Shown here piece by piece: positions 25,340-38,040 of a DNA stretch of 64,000 nucleotides (its first letter is position 1; each line of letters begins with the position of its first letter). The stretch spans positions 19,902,001 through 19,966,000 of the forward strand of contig NC_043002.1 of NCBI RefSeq assembly GCF_006345805.1, read 5' to 3'. This stretch comes from Octopus sinensis. Its lineage: Eukaryota. The notes beneath the pieces were generated by a model. The model worked only from the letters and a program-made list of their open reading frames with translations, was not told the origin of the DNA and ran no database searches. A program made the position numbers and the translations under genes.

Positions 25340-25550
25340 AATAATGTCTAAAGTGGTGTTTTAATTTACAATATCTTCAGTGATGATTTTATTTGTGATC
25401 TCTGTAATAATAGTTTAATTAGCAATGTCTGCAGTGATGGTTTAATTAGAAATATCAGTAGTGATAGTTTAATTAGTAATGTTAGGAGTGATGGTTTAAT
25501 TAGAAATATCTGTAATGGTGGTTTCTGTAACAATGTAGTAAATATTGACC
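25340..25550. repeat. Degenerate 27-bp minisatellite, block 1
   Basis: tttaattag starts at 25414, 25441, 25468, 25495 (period 27); consensus about gatggtttaattagcaatgtctgtagt. Confidence 0.85.
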
Positions 25551-26074
25551 ACATTCATTACGTCAGGGCATTAGGACCCTGCCTTACATAATTCCAGATT
25601 CAGCTGGTTCTGGCTGACAGTATCTGGAATAGACTCCTGATTCTGGCTATGAATTTCCTCTCAACTTTGAGATTCCTGTTTGGTATCCAGAAGGAGTAAG
25701 TTGTATATTAAGAGGAAAAGGTTCTTCTTCAACCTTACTTGACAACTGATCTAGTGTTGATATCACAATAAAAGCATTGGTTTTTCAGTAATCCTAAACT
25801 GTTTAGAGTTGTCCAGTCTTCTACCTCTTTCTCATCTTTTTGATGGATACAGATACCTTAAGCATTGTTTCTTGTCAAGGATGTTGTACACTGGTTTCTA
25901 TTAACTTGTACTCCCAAACCTTTCTACACAGATTGAGGTTTTTATGTCAACTGTACTTCTGTACCATTTCTTGTTGAATGTAAAAGTCTAACCTCAATTC
26001 TTGATTCTGAGTCCAACTGGTTATAAATAGTCTAAACATTCATTTAACACAAAGAGGTTACTCCATCAAGTATA

Positions 26075-26285
26075 AATATTGGTTTCAAATTTTGGCACAA
26101 GGCCTGCAACTTTGGGGAAAGGGTAAGTTGATTACATCAGCCCCAGTATTGACTGGTATTTATTCTATCAACCCTAAAAGGATGAAAGACAAAGTTGACT
26201 GTAGAATTCGAACTCAGTACATGAAGACAAAATACTGCTAAGCATTTTGCCTGATGTACTAGTGATTCTGCCGGCTTACTGCCTT
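26075..26285 (-). mobile_element. SINE family A (degenerate, CpG-decayed)
   Basis: Reverse complement of the A core and head. Confidence 0.75.
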
Positions 26286-26749
26286 AACTGATATAAATAT
26301 CAGAGTATTTGTAGTGCTATGGAGAGCTTCCTTATAAATATATTTGATAAACAAACATAAGGTCACATCAAGAGCCATTTGTTACCACATTACTTCTTTA
26401 GTATGATAGCTTCCAACTAGCTTCATTTATTTCTTTTAATGGTTTGAGGAATGACCTAGAAATCTTTTATCTTGATTATACTATATATGAAATGGTTCCA
26501 TTTACTCATAGAAAAGAAAAGCCACATACACCCACCAGACCTATTACTTTGACTTTCACTATTACTTGAGGTCTTTATTGTAATTCTTTTATTCAAATTT
26601 TCCTCCAATAAAACATTCTTGGCTTCTTTACTCTGGGTAAAACTAACTTGAAACCTGATATTTCTAGTTTCACTTTCTTCATCAGTTGTTACTTCCCTCT
26701 TCATTACGAAACACTCTATCCATCATACAAAAGGGTTTTTTGAAATCAA

Positions 26750-27205
26750 ATTCGATGACTGGCAACCATGCTAGTGGAGCGCTAAGAGTACCATCCGAGC
26801 GTGATTGTTGCCAGAGCAGCTAACTGGCTCCTGTGCCGATGGCACATAAAAAGCACCATTCGAGTGTGATCGTTACCAGTGTCACCTTACTGGCATGTGA
26901 AAAAACATTCAAGCGAGATCATTGCCAGTGCTGTTGGACTGGCTCCTTTGCAGGAGGCACATAAAAAACACCATTTGAATGTGGCCGTTGCCAGTTCCAC
27001 CTGACTGGCCCTTGTGCTGGTGGCACGTAAAAGCACCCTCTACACTCTTGGAGTGGTTGGCGTTAGGAAGGGCATCCAGCTGTAGAAACTCTGCCAGATC
27101 AGATTGGAGCCTGGTGCAGCCATCTGGTTTGCCATCCCCATTCAAATTGTCCAACTCATGCCAGCATGGAAAGCGGATGTTAAACAATTATGATGATGAT
27201 GATGA
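26750..27205 (+). mobile_element. RTE LINE 3'UTR tail
   Basis: Ends ggaaagcggatgttaaacaatta(tga)n. Confidence 0.85.
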
Positions 27206-28032
27206 TGTGTCTATGTTCACATTAATCTTTCGGTTTATGACAACACCTTCATCTGTTTTTTAATTAGCCCTTTTATTTTTTAACACTCCTCTTTTCTTCC
27301 TTTATTGTTCTCCATCCTCTTAAGACTGCACTGTTAATGATATTGTACCCAACAAAATTAACCAAGTTCCATCTTGCTATCCTTCAATAAATATTCCAGT
27401 CTTTGGTGATTTTAAAACTCATCATTCTAAAAACCCTGATTCTGCTGGACATAAATCTTTAGTTCCTTTCTGTCTCAATCTCGTTCTCAGATTGTCAACC
27501 TTCCTATATGTTATCCAGTTCGCTAACATGATTTTCCTCTCCTTGATCTTTATCTCATGTTTTATACTCGCATGCTTCTTTTGGTAACTCTGAATATATC
27601 TCTTAACACTACTCTTAGCAGTGATTCTCCAGCCTATCACAACTCTTATAACTATCAACAAAGTGACTGAGATTCTTTTCAAGATTCTCTTCATAGATGT
27701 ACAAACGTCAGTTAGATGCATGAACAAAAAAGAAATTTTTTTTTCTTCTTACTAATGTTTGTACATCTGAAATAGTATCTTAAATTAAGACTGGTATTGA
27801 CGCTTTCAAATTTTATAGATAATGCTTTTTTAATCCACATTCCTCTTCTCATTTTTTCACCTACTTTGCCTCTGTTATTATTCATAGGAATTAGTTTTTC
27901 TGTATGTGTCATGGAGATAGCTCTTTAAAAAGATAAGTGATTTTTGTCATTGGCTAAAAAGTTCTGCAAAAAGGTTTCTATTTTCAAAATCTTTGGTGTG
28001 AATATTCTGATTCTAGTAACTATTGCTTAACT

Positions 28033-28233
28033 CAGTGGTCTTCAACCAGGGTTCCGCCAGTACAGTCCAGGGGTTCCACAAGAAGTTACAAAACTGCTAA
28101 AATCGGCAGTAATTTTTAATTCTCCTGTGCAGATATGTGTGCATAAGACTATTAAATTATTGCACAGGGGTTCCTCGAGCCAGTGGAAGGTTTCCTTGGG
28201 GTTCCGCTCCAGCAAAAAGTTTGAAAAGCACTG
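28033..28233. mobile_element. hAT MITE with perfect 8-bp TSD
   Basis: gcttaact|cagtggtcttcaac ... gtttgaaaagcactg|gcttaact. Confidence 0.9.
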
Positions 28234-28244
28234 GCTTAACTATT

Positions 28245-28464
28245 GCGGTGAGCTGGCAGAAATGTTAGCACACTGGGCGAAATGCTTAGCGGTATTTCAT
28301 CTGCTGTTACGTTCTGAGTTCAAATTCTGCTGAGGTCGACTTTGCCTTTCATCCTTTCGGGGTCGATAAATTAAGTACCAGTTATGCACTGGGGTCGATG
28401 TAATCGACTTAATCCGTTTGTCTGTCCCCTCTGTGTTTAGCCCCTTGTGGGCAATAAAGAAATA
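28245..28464 (+). mobile_element. SINE family A
   Basis: Full head and core; agtaactattgcttaa duplicated near 28015-28030 and 28465-28480. Confidence 0.85.
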
Positions 28465-28599
28465 AGTAACTATTGCTTAATCAGGCTTCTTCCTGTAGCT
28501 AACAAGCTCTTAGAACCTTTGATCAATTAGATCCTTGTTCTGAACCTTGAATCACTCAAATTGTATTTTTGTTATGGTTTCCATATTTTGTGCTCCAGT

Positions 28600-29560
28600 G
28601 TTGTTCTTCTGACTCTAATTAGATAATGAATCTACTGTAATTGTGGTTGGGTAAGTATTGTTTTTTATATATTGGAAGCATTTAACAGGGTTTTACATGT
28701 GACTTTCTCCATTAGCTTAAGTAACATGGAATATCTGCAAGTATCCTTAGGATTCTTGAATCTTTTCTGGATGAATGTAGCATTAAAGTTATTTTACATG
28801 GCCATCATTTTCCTATGTACTCCATCTTATCGGGTGTTCTTCAAGGTTCTACCTTTGTCTGATCTCATTTTAGTTTTCTTTAATGATCCTTCAGGTGATA
28901 TAATGGTTAACCTTGCCATCTTTGCTGATGGCACATTGTTGTACTTCTGCTTCCATCATCATTATCATCACCATCATCATCATCGTTTAACATTCACTTT
29001 CCATGCTGGCATGGGTTGGACGATTTTGACTGAGGTCTAGCGAACCAGATGGCTGCACCAGGCTCCAATCTTGATCTGGCAGAGTTTCTACAGCTGGATG
29101 CCCTTCCTAATGCCAACCACTCTGAGAGTGTAGTGGGTACTTTTTACATGCCACCGGCACAAGGGCCAGTCATGAAGAGTTTTAATTTGTTTGATTATAT
29201 GGAAGTTGCTGGTTCTCTTGAGTATAACCTGCATTCAGTGATTGAATGATGGTGTTCAGTGGTGGTTACTTTCAATGATGCAAAAACTAATTCCCAATAA
29301 TCACTTAAGGAACTTTGATGATATTGCTAAGTTCTTCCCAAGTTTTCTAATTTTCATATTTTTAGGTTTAATTTTTTCGGAAGATTTTACTTTGAATGAT
29401 TATATTAAATCTGTTGCTAAATTAGCTGCTATAAAACTTGGTCCTTAATATTAAACTCATCGCTAATGATTCTCTTCATCTTTATAAGTCTTTGTTCACC
29501 CCTGCATAGAATACAATTGTCACATTTAGGTTGGTATCTGTTGGTGTTCTTTCAAAAATT
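28600..29560 (+). mobile_element. Degenerate CR1/Jockey-type LINE reverse transcriptase
   Basis: EAFNRVLH; SGVLQGS...NDPSGDIMVNLAIFADGTLLY (degenerate GVPQGS and YADD); FLGLIFSEDFTLNDYIKSVAKLAAIKLG. Interrupted by an RTE tail at 28965-29165. Confidence 0.75.
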
Positions 29561-29856
29561 GAGTTTCTAACATATCAGCTGCTAAACATCTCTCTCAACA
29601 CCAGGACCGGTATCAGATTAACCATTAAGCAGATAAACACGTGTTTAGGGCACCACAGAAATGGTAAATGGTTTACAATACCAAAGAAATCACTTTAAAC
29701 TTGCTAAAATAATATTCAGGATGCCTTATCTCTATGAAGTATAGAAGCAGATGTGTTATGTAAGATCCATTTTGAGGATTTGATCAAAGGCTTTGCAATT
29801 AAAAAAGTAGGAGAAAACTTTTCAAATATAAATTATGCCTCCACTATACATACATA

Positions 29857-30150
29857 GTGGAGGCACATGGCCTAGTGGTTAGAGCAGCGGACTTGCAGTT
29901 GAGGGATCATGGGTTCAAATCTCAGACTGAGCAATGTGTGTTTATGAGCGAAACACCTAAGCTCCACATGACTCCGGCAGAAGGTAATGGTGAACTTCTA
30001 CTGACTCTTTCTCTCACTCTTTCCTCCTGCATCTTGCAGCTCACTTGTGATGGACCGGCATCCCATCCAGGTGAGGAACCTATATGCCAAGGAAACTGGG
30101 AAACTGGCCCTCATGAGCCAGGGATGGCTCAAGAAGGAACAAAAAAAAAT
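29857..30150 (+). mobile_element. SINE family C
   Basis: Homologous to 10961-11262. Confidence 0.9.
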
Positions 30151-30339
30151 ATACAAAAATAAACATTTTTTTCCATCTTACTGTTAGTTTTGTTTCATTT
30201 TGAAAAATAAAAAAATATTTCATGATTTATTATTATTTATATTTTGAATTACATATATATGGGGACACCAAACCCTTTCAAGTGCTTAGGGCTTCTATGG
30301 ATCTCAATCCAGCCCTGACCAGGATGTTGCTATTCTTTA

Positions 30340-30560
30340 AGGTGGCAAGCTAGCAGAATCATTAGCACACTGGACAAAATACTTAGCAGTATTTCACATG
30401 TCACTACGTTTTGAGTTCAAATTCCACCGAGGTCAACTTTGCCTTTCATCCTTTTGGGGGTTGATAAATTAAATACCAGTCAAGTACTGTGGTCAATGTA
30501 ATCGACTAGTCCCCTCACCCCCAAAATTTCAGGCCTTGTGCCTTTAGTAGAAAGGATTTT
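30340..30560 (+). mobile_element. SINE family A
   Basis: A head, core and tail. Confidence 0.8.
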
Positions 30561-30804
30561 ATCTCTATTCTTTAAATACTTCCACTGCTCTGTCAACTTC
30601 CTTATTTTGTTCCTCCTCTTAATCAAGTGATTCACCTTTCCAATAATTCTTATCTTTTAACTGATGTTGTCCCCTCTTATAAATAGAGTTTCTATTCTAG
30701 TAATTTCTGTCCTCAAACATTTCTCTTATGAACTTCTCTTCTTCGTGTTTTCTTGATAAATCTATTCTTAATCTTTAAATCGTGTGCTGATCATCTCATG
30801 ATCT

Positions 30805-31032
30805 TTAACCCTTTCATTACTGTATTTATTTTGAGATGTTTTGCGTTTCTTTCAATTACTTTAAATATAACAAAGAATTTAGTAAAATAACTTAGTTATC
30901 ATTCAGCTAGTGTTAGGAACATAAATTGTGACTAAGGTTTAGTGGAAGATTTTAATTCAAAACTTATGAAAATAAGAATTTTGAACTCAGAGCCAGAGCC
31001 AGTTTTGGCCGGATTGGTAACGAAAGTGTTAA
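30805..31032. mobile_element. piggyBac-like MITE
   Basis: ttaa|ccctttcattac ... gtaacgaaagtg|ttaa. Confidence 0.8.
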
Positions 31033-31149
31033 GACAGTCTTTCATTAAATTTTTTCTTTTCCTTTTATAACTTCCAATGTCTAAGATGGTTACAAGCAGT
31101 TTGCTTTATTACTGATTATTTGTTACCTTCTTGGGAATAACTTCCAATA

Positions 31150-33700
31150 AATAAAAAAATGTCAATAGTGATGACCTAATTAGTAATGTCTGCAGTGATA
31201 GGTTAATTAGTAATGTCAATAATAATTGCTTAAATAGCAATATCTGAAGTGATGGTCTAATTAGCAATAGATTCAATGACAGTTTAATTGTCAATGTGTG
31301 TAATGGTTAGTTTGACAATATCAATAGTGATGGTTTAATAAGTCATCAATGGTGAGTGATTAATTAGCAATGTCTGTAGTGAAGGTTTAATTAGCAACAT
31401 CAGTAGTGATGGCTTTATTATAAACTCACTTAAAAGCCACAATCCATGTGGACTTTTATTCTAGCTCCTGGGGAGGGCTAATTGGGCCTGTGGCCCCAAA
31501 TTAAAGAGAGCTAAATAGCATGACTATAATACGTCTATAATGATTATATGCCTAGGTGTTTGATCAGAGGTTAAGGACAAATGAAAATTCATTCTGGACT
31601 GCAATCATTCTATTGTTCCAGTCCCAAGTTGAATTCCAACTGTTGGCCAATTTGTCCAAAAGTTCTTATCCCAATGTATAATTAACAAAGCAAATGTCAT
31701 TTGTTTCTCCCTTCGAGATGGCATGATTCAGCCAAGATTTACCTGCAAGAAATAGCAACCCAAACGCTTTTAAATCAGATCCGAATGCTGAAAATTCAAG
31801 AATCTCAGGATCATCCTGATTCCATAAAGGTATAATATGTCTATGTTGAGCAAATGTAGACTGCAATACAGGGGTCCAAGATGGACAGAGAGAATCTTGC
31901 TTTTATTATTATAGATGTCAAGTGTGGTTAAATTAGCAATGAGTATAGTAATGTTTTAATTAAGAATGCTTGTGTTAGTCTAGTGAGTAGTTGATTAGTA
32001 ATATTTGTATTACTGATTTAATTAGCATTGTCAGTTATGATTGTTTAATTAGAAATGTCAGTGATGATGATTTAGTTAGCAATGTCTGTAGTGATGGTTT
32101 AATTAGCAATGTCAGAATTGATGGTTCAATTAACAAATCCTGCAGGGATCATTTCATGAGCATCAATGATTTTGTTAGCAACGTCAGAAGTGATGGTTTA
32201 ATTACCAATGTCTATGATGGTTTAATTACAAATGATGGTTTAATTACAGATGTCTGTGATGTCAATAGTAAGTTGCAATGTCAACAGTAAGAATTTAATT
32301 AGCAATGTCAGAAGTGATTATTTAATAAATAATGCTTCTAACAAGAGTTTAATTAGTTTATAATTAGCAAAGTCTGTAATGTAGTGATGCTTCAATTAGC
32401 AATGTCTATAGTAATTAGCAACGTCACTATTGTTGTTTTAGTTAACAACACCAGTACGGATTGTTTAATTAATAATGTTAGTAACAATGGTTTAATTTGC
32501 AGTTTCTGTTATTGTGTAAATAGGTATGAGTGCTGTGATTTTACTAGTATGGCCAAAGTGATAGTTTAATTAGCAACATCTCTTGTGAAGGTGTAATTAG
32601 CAAAGTCTGTAATAGAGGTCAAATTAATATATGTACTAATGATTTAATTAGCAATGTTAGCAGTGATGGTTTAATTATCAATGTAAGTAGTGATGATTTA
32701 TGTATCAGTATCTGCATTGATGATTTAATTAGCAAAGTCAGTTGTGATGGATCAATTAGTAATATCTGTAGTAATGATTTAATTGGCAATGCCTGTAGAG
32801 ATAGTTTAATTAGCTATTCCTGAGATGGCTTAATTAGCAACACCTGTAGTGTAACAATATCACCATTAGCATTAAGGCAGTGAGCTGGCAGAAATGTTAG
32901 CACTCTGGGAAAAATGCTTAGCAGTATTTCGTCTGTCTTTATGTTCTGAGTTCAAATTCCGCCGAGGTCAACTTTGCCTTTCATCCTTTCGGGGTCGATA
33001 AATTAAGTACCAGTTACGCACTGGGGTCGATGTAATCGACTTAATCCGTTTGTCTGTCCTTGTTTGTCTCCTCTGTGTTTAGCATCTTGTGACTAGTAAA
33101 GAAATAGGTATTTCGTCTGTCTTTACGTTCTGAGTTCAAATTCCACTGAGGTCAACTTTGCCTTTCATCCTTTTGGGGTCGATAAATTAAGTACCAGTTG
33201 TGTACTAGGGTTGATCTAATCAACTGGCCCGCTCCCCCAAAATTTTGGGCCTTGTGCCTAGAGTAGAAAAGAATATTACCATTAGCATTGTCTACAGTGA
33301 TGGTTTGATATGAAATGTTTGTGATGGTTAAATCAGCAATGTCACAAGTGATGTTTTAGTTGACATGTCAGTAGTAAGTGTTTAATTAGCAATATTTGTA
33401 GTAATGGTTTGATTGGTATTGTCTGTAGCAATGGGTTAATTTGCTATGTTTACAGTGGTGGTTTAATTAGCAATAGTTGTGTTGATGTATATTGATGGTT
33501 TAATTATCTAGTTGTGGTTTTAAGTATCAATATCTATATTGATTATTTCATTAGCAATGTCAATAATGATGGTTTAATTAGCAATGTCTCAACATTGATG
33601 ATATAATTAGCTATGTTTGTGATGATAGTTTAATTAGTAATATCAATAAGGATTGTTTAATTATCAAAGTCTGTAGTGATGATTTGATTGGCAATTTCTT
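31150..33700. repeat. Degenerate 27-bp minisatellite, blocks 2-4 (31150-31420, 31915-32850, 33280-33700)
   Basis: Period 27 checked at 32044, 32071, 32098, 32125; interrupted by a dispersed repeat (~31430-31915) and a SINE A dimer. Confidence 0.85.
32873..33276 (+). mobile_element. SINE family A dimer
   Basis: Two tandem A cores. Confidence 0.85.
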
Positions 33701-33843
33701 GGAATGTATGATAAGATGTTATTTAGCCCCCTACCCTACCCCACCCCAGATCAGCCCTGATCAAGCAGATCAATGATTAAAAGGTTTATTTTCAAGTACT
33801 GTGTATCTGGGACTTCATTATCTAATTTACCCTTTTAAGATCT

Positions 33844-33953
33844 GAGAGAGATTCCACTGTAAGATCTAGCAAGTCTAATGACCACATAGAGGCTTATGAG
33901 GGAGCCTCTATATGGTCATTAGACTTGCTAGAACTTACAGTGAAATCTCCCTC
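33844..33953. repeat. Inverted repeat / hairpin with ~50-bp arms
   Basis: ccactgtaagatctagcaagtctaatgaccacatagaggct, loop tatgaggg, agcctctatatggtcattagacttgctagaacttacagtg. Confidence 0.85.
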
Positions 33954-34534
33954 ACATAACAACTCCTTCATAAAGCCACTAGAGGCTCATTAGTTTGATA
34001 ATGGCTCCATTGTTACCTCACTTGCAACTCCCACATTGGTTCAATAAAGGTTCCTGTATTAGCTCAGTAAAGACTCACCCATTAGCTCAGTAGAGGCTCT
34101 CTAATCATCTTATAGAATCTCCTTTATATAGTTAACTTATATAGTCTCCCTCACCAGCTCTGTAGAGCCTCTCTCATTAGTTCATATAAGATATTATAGA
34201 TGCATTGTCTGGAATTACATAACTAAAGGTTTAATATGGCTGTCCTCATACCAAGAAGGCTGCACTTGACACTGATTGTAGGTTTATTCTATGAGTATAG
34301 TTTAGTAGCCTAAATTACCACATGATAACACTTTCTTATATATGAAACTCTATGTACTTCTACCTCACAAACCTTCTTCCAACAAGGACAAAAGAATGAA
34401 TCTTTTTCAACAGCACCAAAACACACTCACAATAGATATCAAAGAAAATATTTTGCACAAGCAAATATGAGAATCTCTGTATGAGCCAAATAAGTACTTA
34501 TCACATGGTGAGTAGTGGGTAGTGATTTTCTTCA

Positions 34535-34855
34535 CTACTTCAGGCAATGATGACCCTGTCTGACATGAGTCCCGGGCTCAGCTGGCTCTGGCTGACAGTA
34601 CCTGGTATGGGCCCCTATCCAGGGTTACGGAAAGGAGACAACCTTCAAAGAAATCCGGAGTGGAGCCCTGTAGGTGGTTTAGTGTTCAACTTGACACTCT
34701 TCTGGCAGCTCCTGCAACCAAGCTGGTGCCAAACGTAATGCTCTGCACTCCTTTGGACTACGTCAGCAAGGTCAAGAGAGGAATCCTGGTGATTGGGCTA
34801 CCCAGGATTTTCTTACATCTAGCCCAGGCCTGCGCAAAACTGGAGAGGACATGAA
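34535..34855 (+). mobile_element. GC-richer dispersed repeat, probably the 5' region of an RTE-clade LINE
   Basis: Homologous to 25560-25640 (gaccctg...cagctggYtctggctgacagta); the motif gcagctcctgcaaccaagctggtgccaaacgta is recalled from RTE 5' regions (memory, unverified). Confidence 0.45.
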
Positions 34856-35251
34856 ATATAAAAATCAGACTGGATTAGTTTATGCGCAACTCCATTGTCT
34901 CCCGAGACAAAAGGGTGCCAACAACATGGTTACTTAATCTGCAACAAATAGCAACCCAAATCATATCACATATTATTTGTTTTAAGAAGAAAATTGAGAC
35001 ACAGATAATGTATTTCTAAATAAACTATGCCTAAAAAATAAAAAAATGAGATGTTATTGGCAAGGATGGCTTTGATTCTAGATCTTCTGGATCATGACTG
35101 ACATGGGGTCAAATAATAACTAAAACAGAAATATTGTACTACACACTCCCTTTGAGCACACAATGGAAACCCTACAATATTACTTCTCACAATCTCTGTT
35201 GATTTTCTTCATAGTAGCCATATTTCTAATGAAATACATTGCTTATGTATA

Positions 35252-35555
35252 TTGGAGGCACAATGGCCCAGTGGTTAGGGCAGCGGACTCGCGGTCGTAG
35301 GATCGCGGTTTCGAATCCCAGACCAGGTGTTGTGTTTATTGAGCGAAAACACCTAAAGCCCCACGAGGCTCTGGCAGTAGGTGGTGGTGATCCCTGTTGT
35401 ACTCTTTCACTAAAACTCTCTCTCACTCTTTCTTCTGTCTCTTGGCCTGCTCGCTTAGCCAGTGGGGTGGCGTCATTGAAGGCTAAAACAATGCGAAGCG
35501 CACTGTGACCAGCAATGTGTAGCAACATCTGATAGCCTGGTCGGTCACATGATGT
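35252..35555 (+). mobile_element. SINE with family C-like head and a third 3' tail
   Basis: ggaggcacaatggcccagtggttagggc head; tail ggcctgctcgcttagccag...gcctggtcggtcacatgat. Confidence 0.75.
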
Positions 35556-35679
35556 ATATCAATTAATTCAAAAAATAACCAGGAATTTAAATGGATTTAA
35601 TAAGACAACTTTGTCACAATTAAATTGGAGTTTATAAGATAAGGAAATGTTCTTCCCAAAAATAATCTTTTTGACTATA

Positions 35680-36142
35680 GGCACAAGGCCTGAAATTTGG
35701 GGTGAGGGGCTAATTGATTATTATATCGACTCCAGTGTTTGACTGGTACTTATTCTATTGATCCAAAGGATTAAAAGCAAAGTTGACCTCAGCTGAATTT
35801 GGACTTAGAACATGAAGACAAAGGAAATGTCACTAAGCACTTGGCCAAGATCTTTTATTCTTTTACTTGTTTCAGTCATTTTGACTGTGGCCATGCTGGA
35901 GCACCATCTTTAGTTGAGCAAATCAACTCCAGGACTTATCCTTTGTGCAAGATGCAAGAGGAAAGAGTGAGAGAAAGTTGTGGCGAAAGAGTCAGCAGAA
36001 GTTTGCCATTACCTTCTGCCAGAGCCACGTGAAGCTTAGGTGTTTCACTCATAAACTCACACATCACCCGGTCTGAGATTCGAACCCGTGATCTCCTCGA
36101 CCACAAGTCCGCTGCTCTAACTACTACACCATGTGCCTCCAT
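35680..36142 (-). mobile_element. SINE A fragment plus chimeric SINE (C head fused to B tail)
   Basis: A at 35680-35850; junction ggacttatcctttgt|gcaagatgcaagagg near 35945. Confidence 0.75.
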
Positions 36143-36959
36143 AACTAGCCAAGATGCCAGGGTTCATATCCTATCTTAGATACTGGAATGAGATACACTT
36201 CTTCAGGTGATTATTTTAAATAAATTGCCTGAAGAAGCTCATCTTATATCATTGATGGATGATAGTAATTATACAATTATGTCATGTAACCAATATATTA
36301 TGAATGTGAAAATGTGTCAAAACAGTTGTAATTGTTTTATATAAAGAATATCATTCAATCCATTTGCTATTGTTCATCTATGAATATCATGGAATTCCTG
36401 ATGTATACCCAGTAGCAGAAGCATTTCCACTGTATGGTGACATTAGGTAGCCAATGACTGTAGACAAGCTTTGCATAGCATACTACATGCTTTGTTTTTA
36501 CATGAATCTTATTAAATTATGTGTGTATGTGTGTGTATGTGTGTATGTGTGCATCAATATAAACAAGGTGTATAAGATATATATATATATACATATATGT
36601 ATATATATATATATCATCAATCATCATCATTTAATGTCTGTTGTCTATACTGGCATGAGTTACACACACACGCACACACACACACACGCACACACACACA
36701 CACATATATATATAAAGAAATGGAGTTAAACGCAGGTGTTATTCAAATCTTTATACTTCTAACATATGTTTCGAAGAAGACATTGGTATTATTCCAGAGG
36801 GAGTAAGATTATGTAAAACAATGCAAGCTTCTCATCAGGGAAAAAGAAAAACAAAACACATCAATAAGACATTTTAACTGAATGTTGTGACTGTGTATAT
36901 GATGAAGGGAATGCTGGCAAGTTATTTTTTATAAAAAAACCATTAATAAATTTTATGTC

Positions 36960-37231
36960 AAATGCAATTTAGAGAAAGAAAGAAATTAGTAGAAAACCAA
37001 GAGTGGAGAAATGTAGAGTGATAGATGAATGGGAATAAAGCTTAAAGGCATGGACATACATACATACATGCATGTATACATACATAAATACATACATACA
37101 TACATATACATACATACATGCATATTTATATATATATAGGCATACATACACACACATACATACATACATACATACATACACACACACATGCATGCATACA
37201 TGCATCCATCCATCCATACACACACACACAG

Positions 37232-37264
<33 letters not shown>

Positions 37265-37865
37265 TACATATGTACTATTTAAAACAGTTTTGCAAGATTT
37301 TATACTTAAACATGTATCAGAAAAAGGAAAGCCAATAGTCTGAAGAATATTTTCAGCAAATGCAAACCAGAAGTTCTGGTGCGTGTATCTTTCTTAGACA
37401 CCATCACCAACATCACCAACATCATCATCATCATCACCATCACCATCACTAAAACTAAAGGCCTCAACAAATCTCATCATTTCACTCACCAGCCACACCA
37501 TTACAAGTGCTGTATCATTCACACCAGGGCACTATTACCACCATTACTGGCACCACAACTCCTATCACCACTACCACCACCATTTCTGATTTTACTATTA
37601 CTATCACTATACCTCTACTATCACTCTTGCAGCAAGTATCAATTCCACGTCAAACTGATAACATCACCACCACCACCACCACCACCACTGCTACCACCGT
37701 CCCCAACCGCACACTCATATATATTTCTCATTTAAAACTGTCTGTAAAGATTGAAGTTGGCAAATCTTGTCTAATCTATTCATTACACATGTTGAATGAC
37801 TAACACCATGACACATTGATGATGGTGATGGTGATGGTGATGACGGTTAACAGTGGTGGCAGTGG

Positions 37866-37896
<31 letters not shown>

Positions 37897-38040
37897 GGTG
37901 GCCATGGTAATGGTGGGAGGGATAATGGTGGTGGTAACAACATTGGTAGTAGTGATAGTAGTATCTGTAGTGGCTGCCTTTACTCCCCCCACCCCCTTAC
38001 AATAAAATACCACACTGCTACACTACCACCACAACTGTCA
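36960..38040. repeat. Microsatellite / low-complexity cluster: (TACA)n, (CA)n, (ACC)n, (GGT)n
   Basis: Directly visible. Confidence 0.85.

Noticed and set aside
26285-27990. Minus-strand ORFs 26456-26704, 27422-27727 and 27712-27912
   Set aside because: Purine-rich degenerate sequence, probably old TE coding remnants, with no diagnostic motif or splice support
29857-29935. tRNA genes suggested by A/B-box sequences
   Set aside because: These are SINE heads that run directly into SINE bodies and lack an acceptor stem closure
31150-33700. CRISPR-like or protein-coding repeat array
   Set aside because: The units are contiguous, with no unique spacers, and highly degenerate; the context is eukaryotic; frames contain stops outside one 99-codon stretch
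34426-34507. Exon-like segment ending at the strong donor catg|gtgagt
   Set aside because: All three frames from the upstream ttttcaacag acceptor contain stops
34535-34640. Possible HDV-like ribozyme at the putative RTE 5' end
   Set aside because: An accctg/cagggt pairing exists, but I found no P3/L3 (UYCNCGY-like) or P1.1 arrangement by eye
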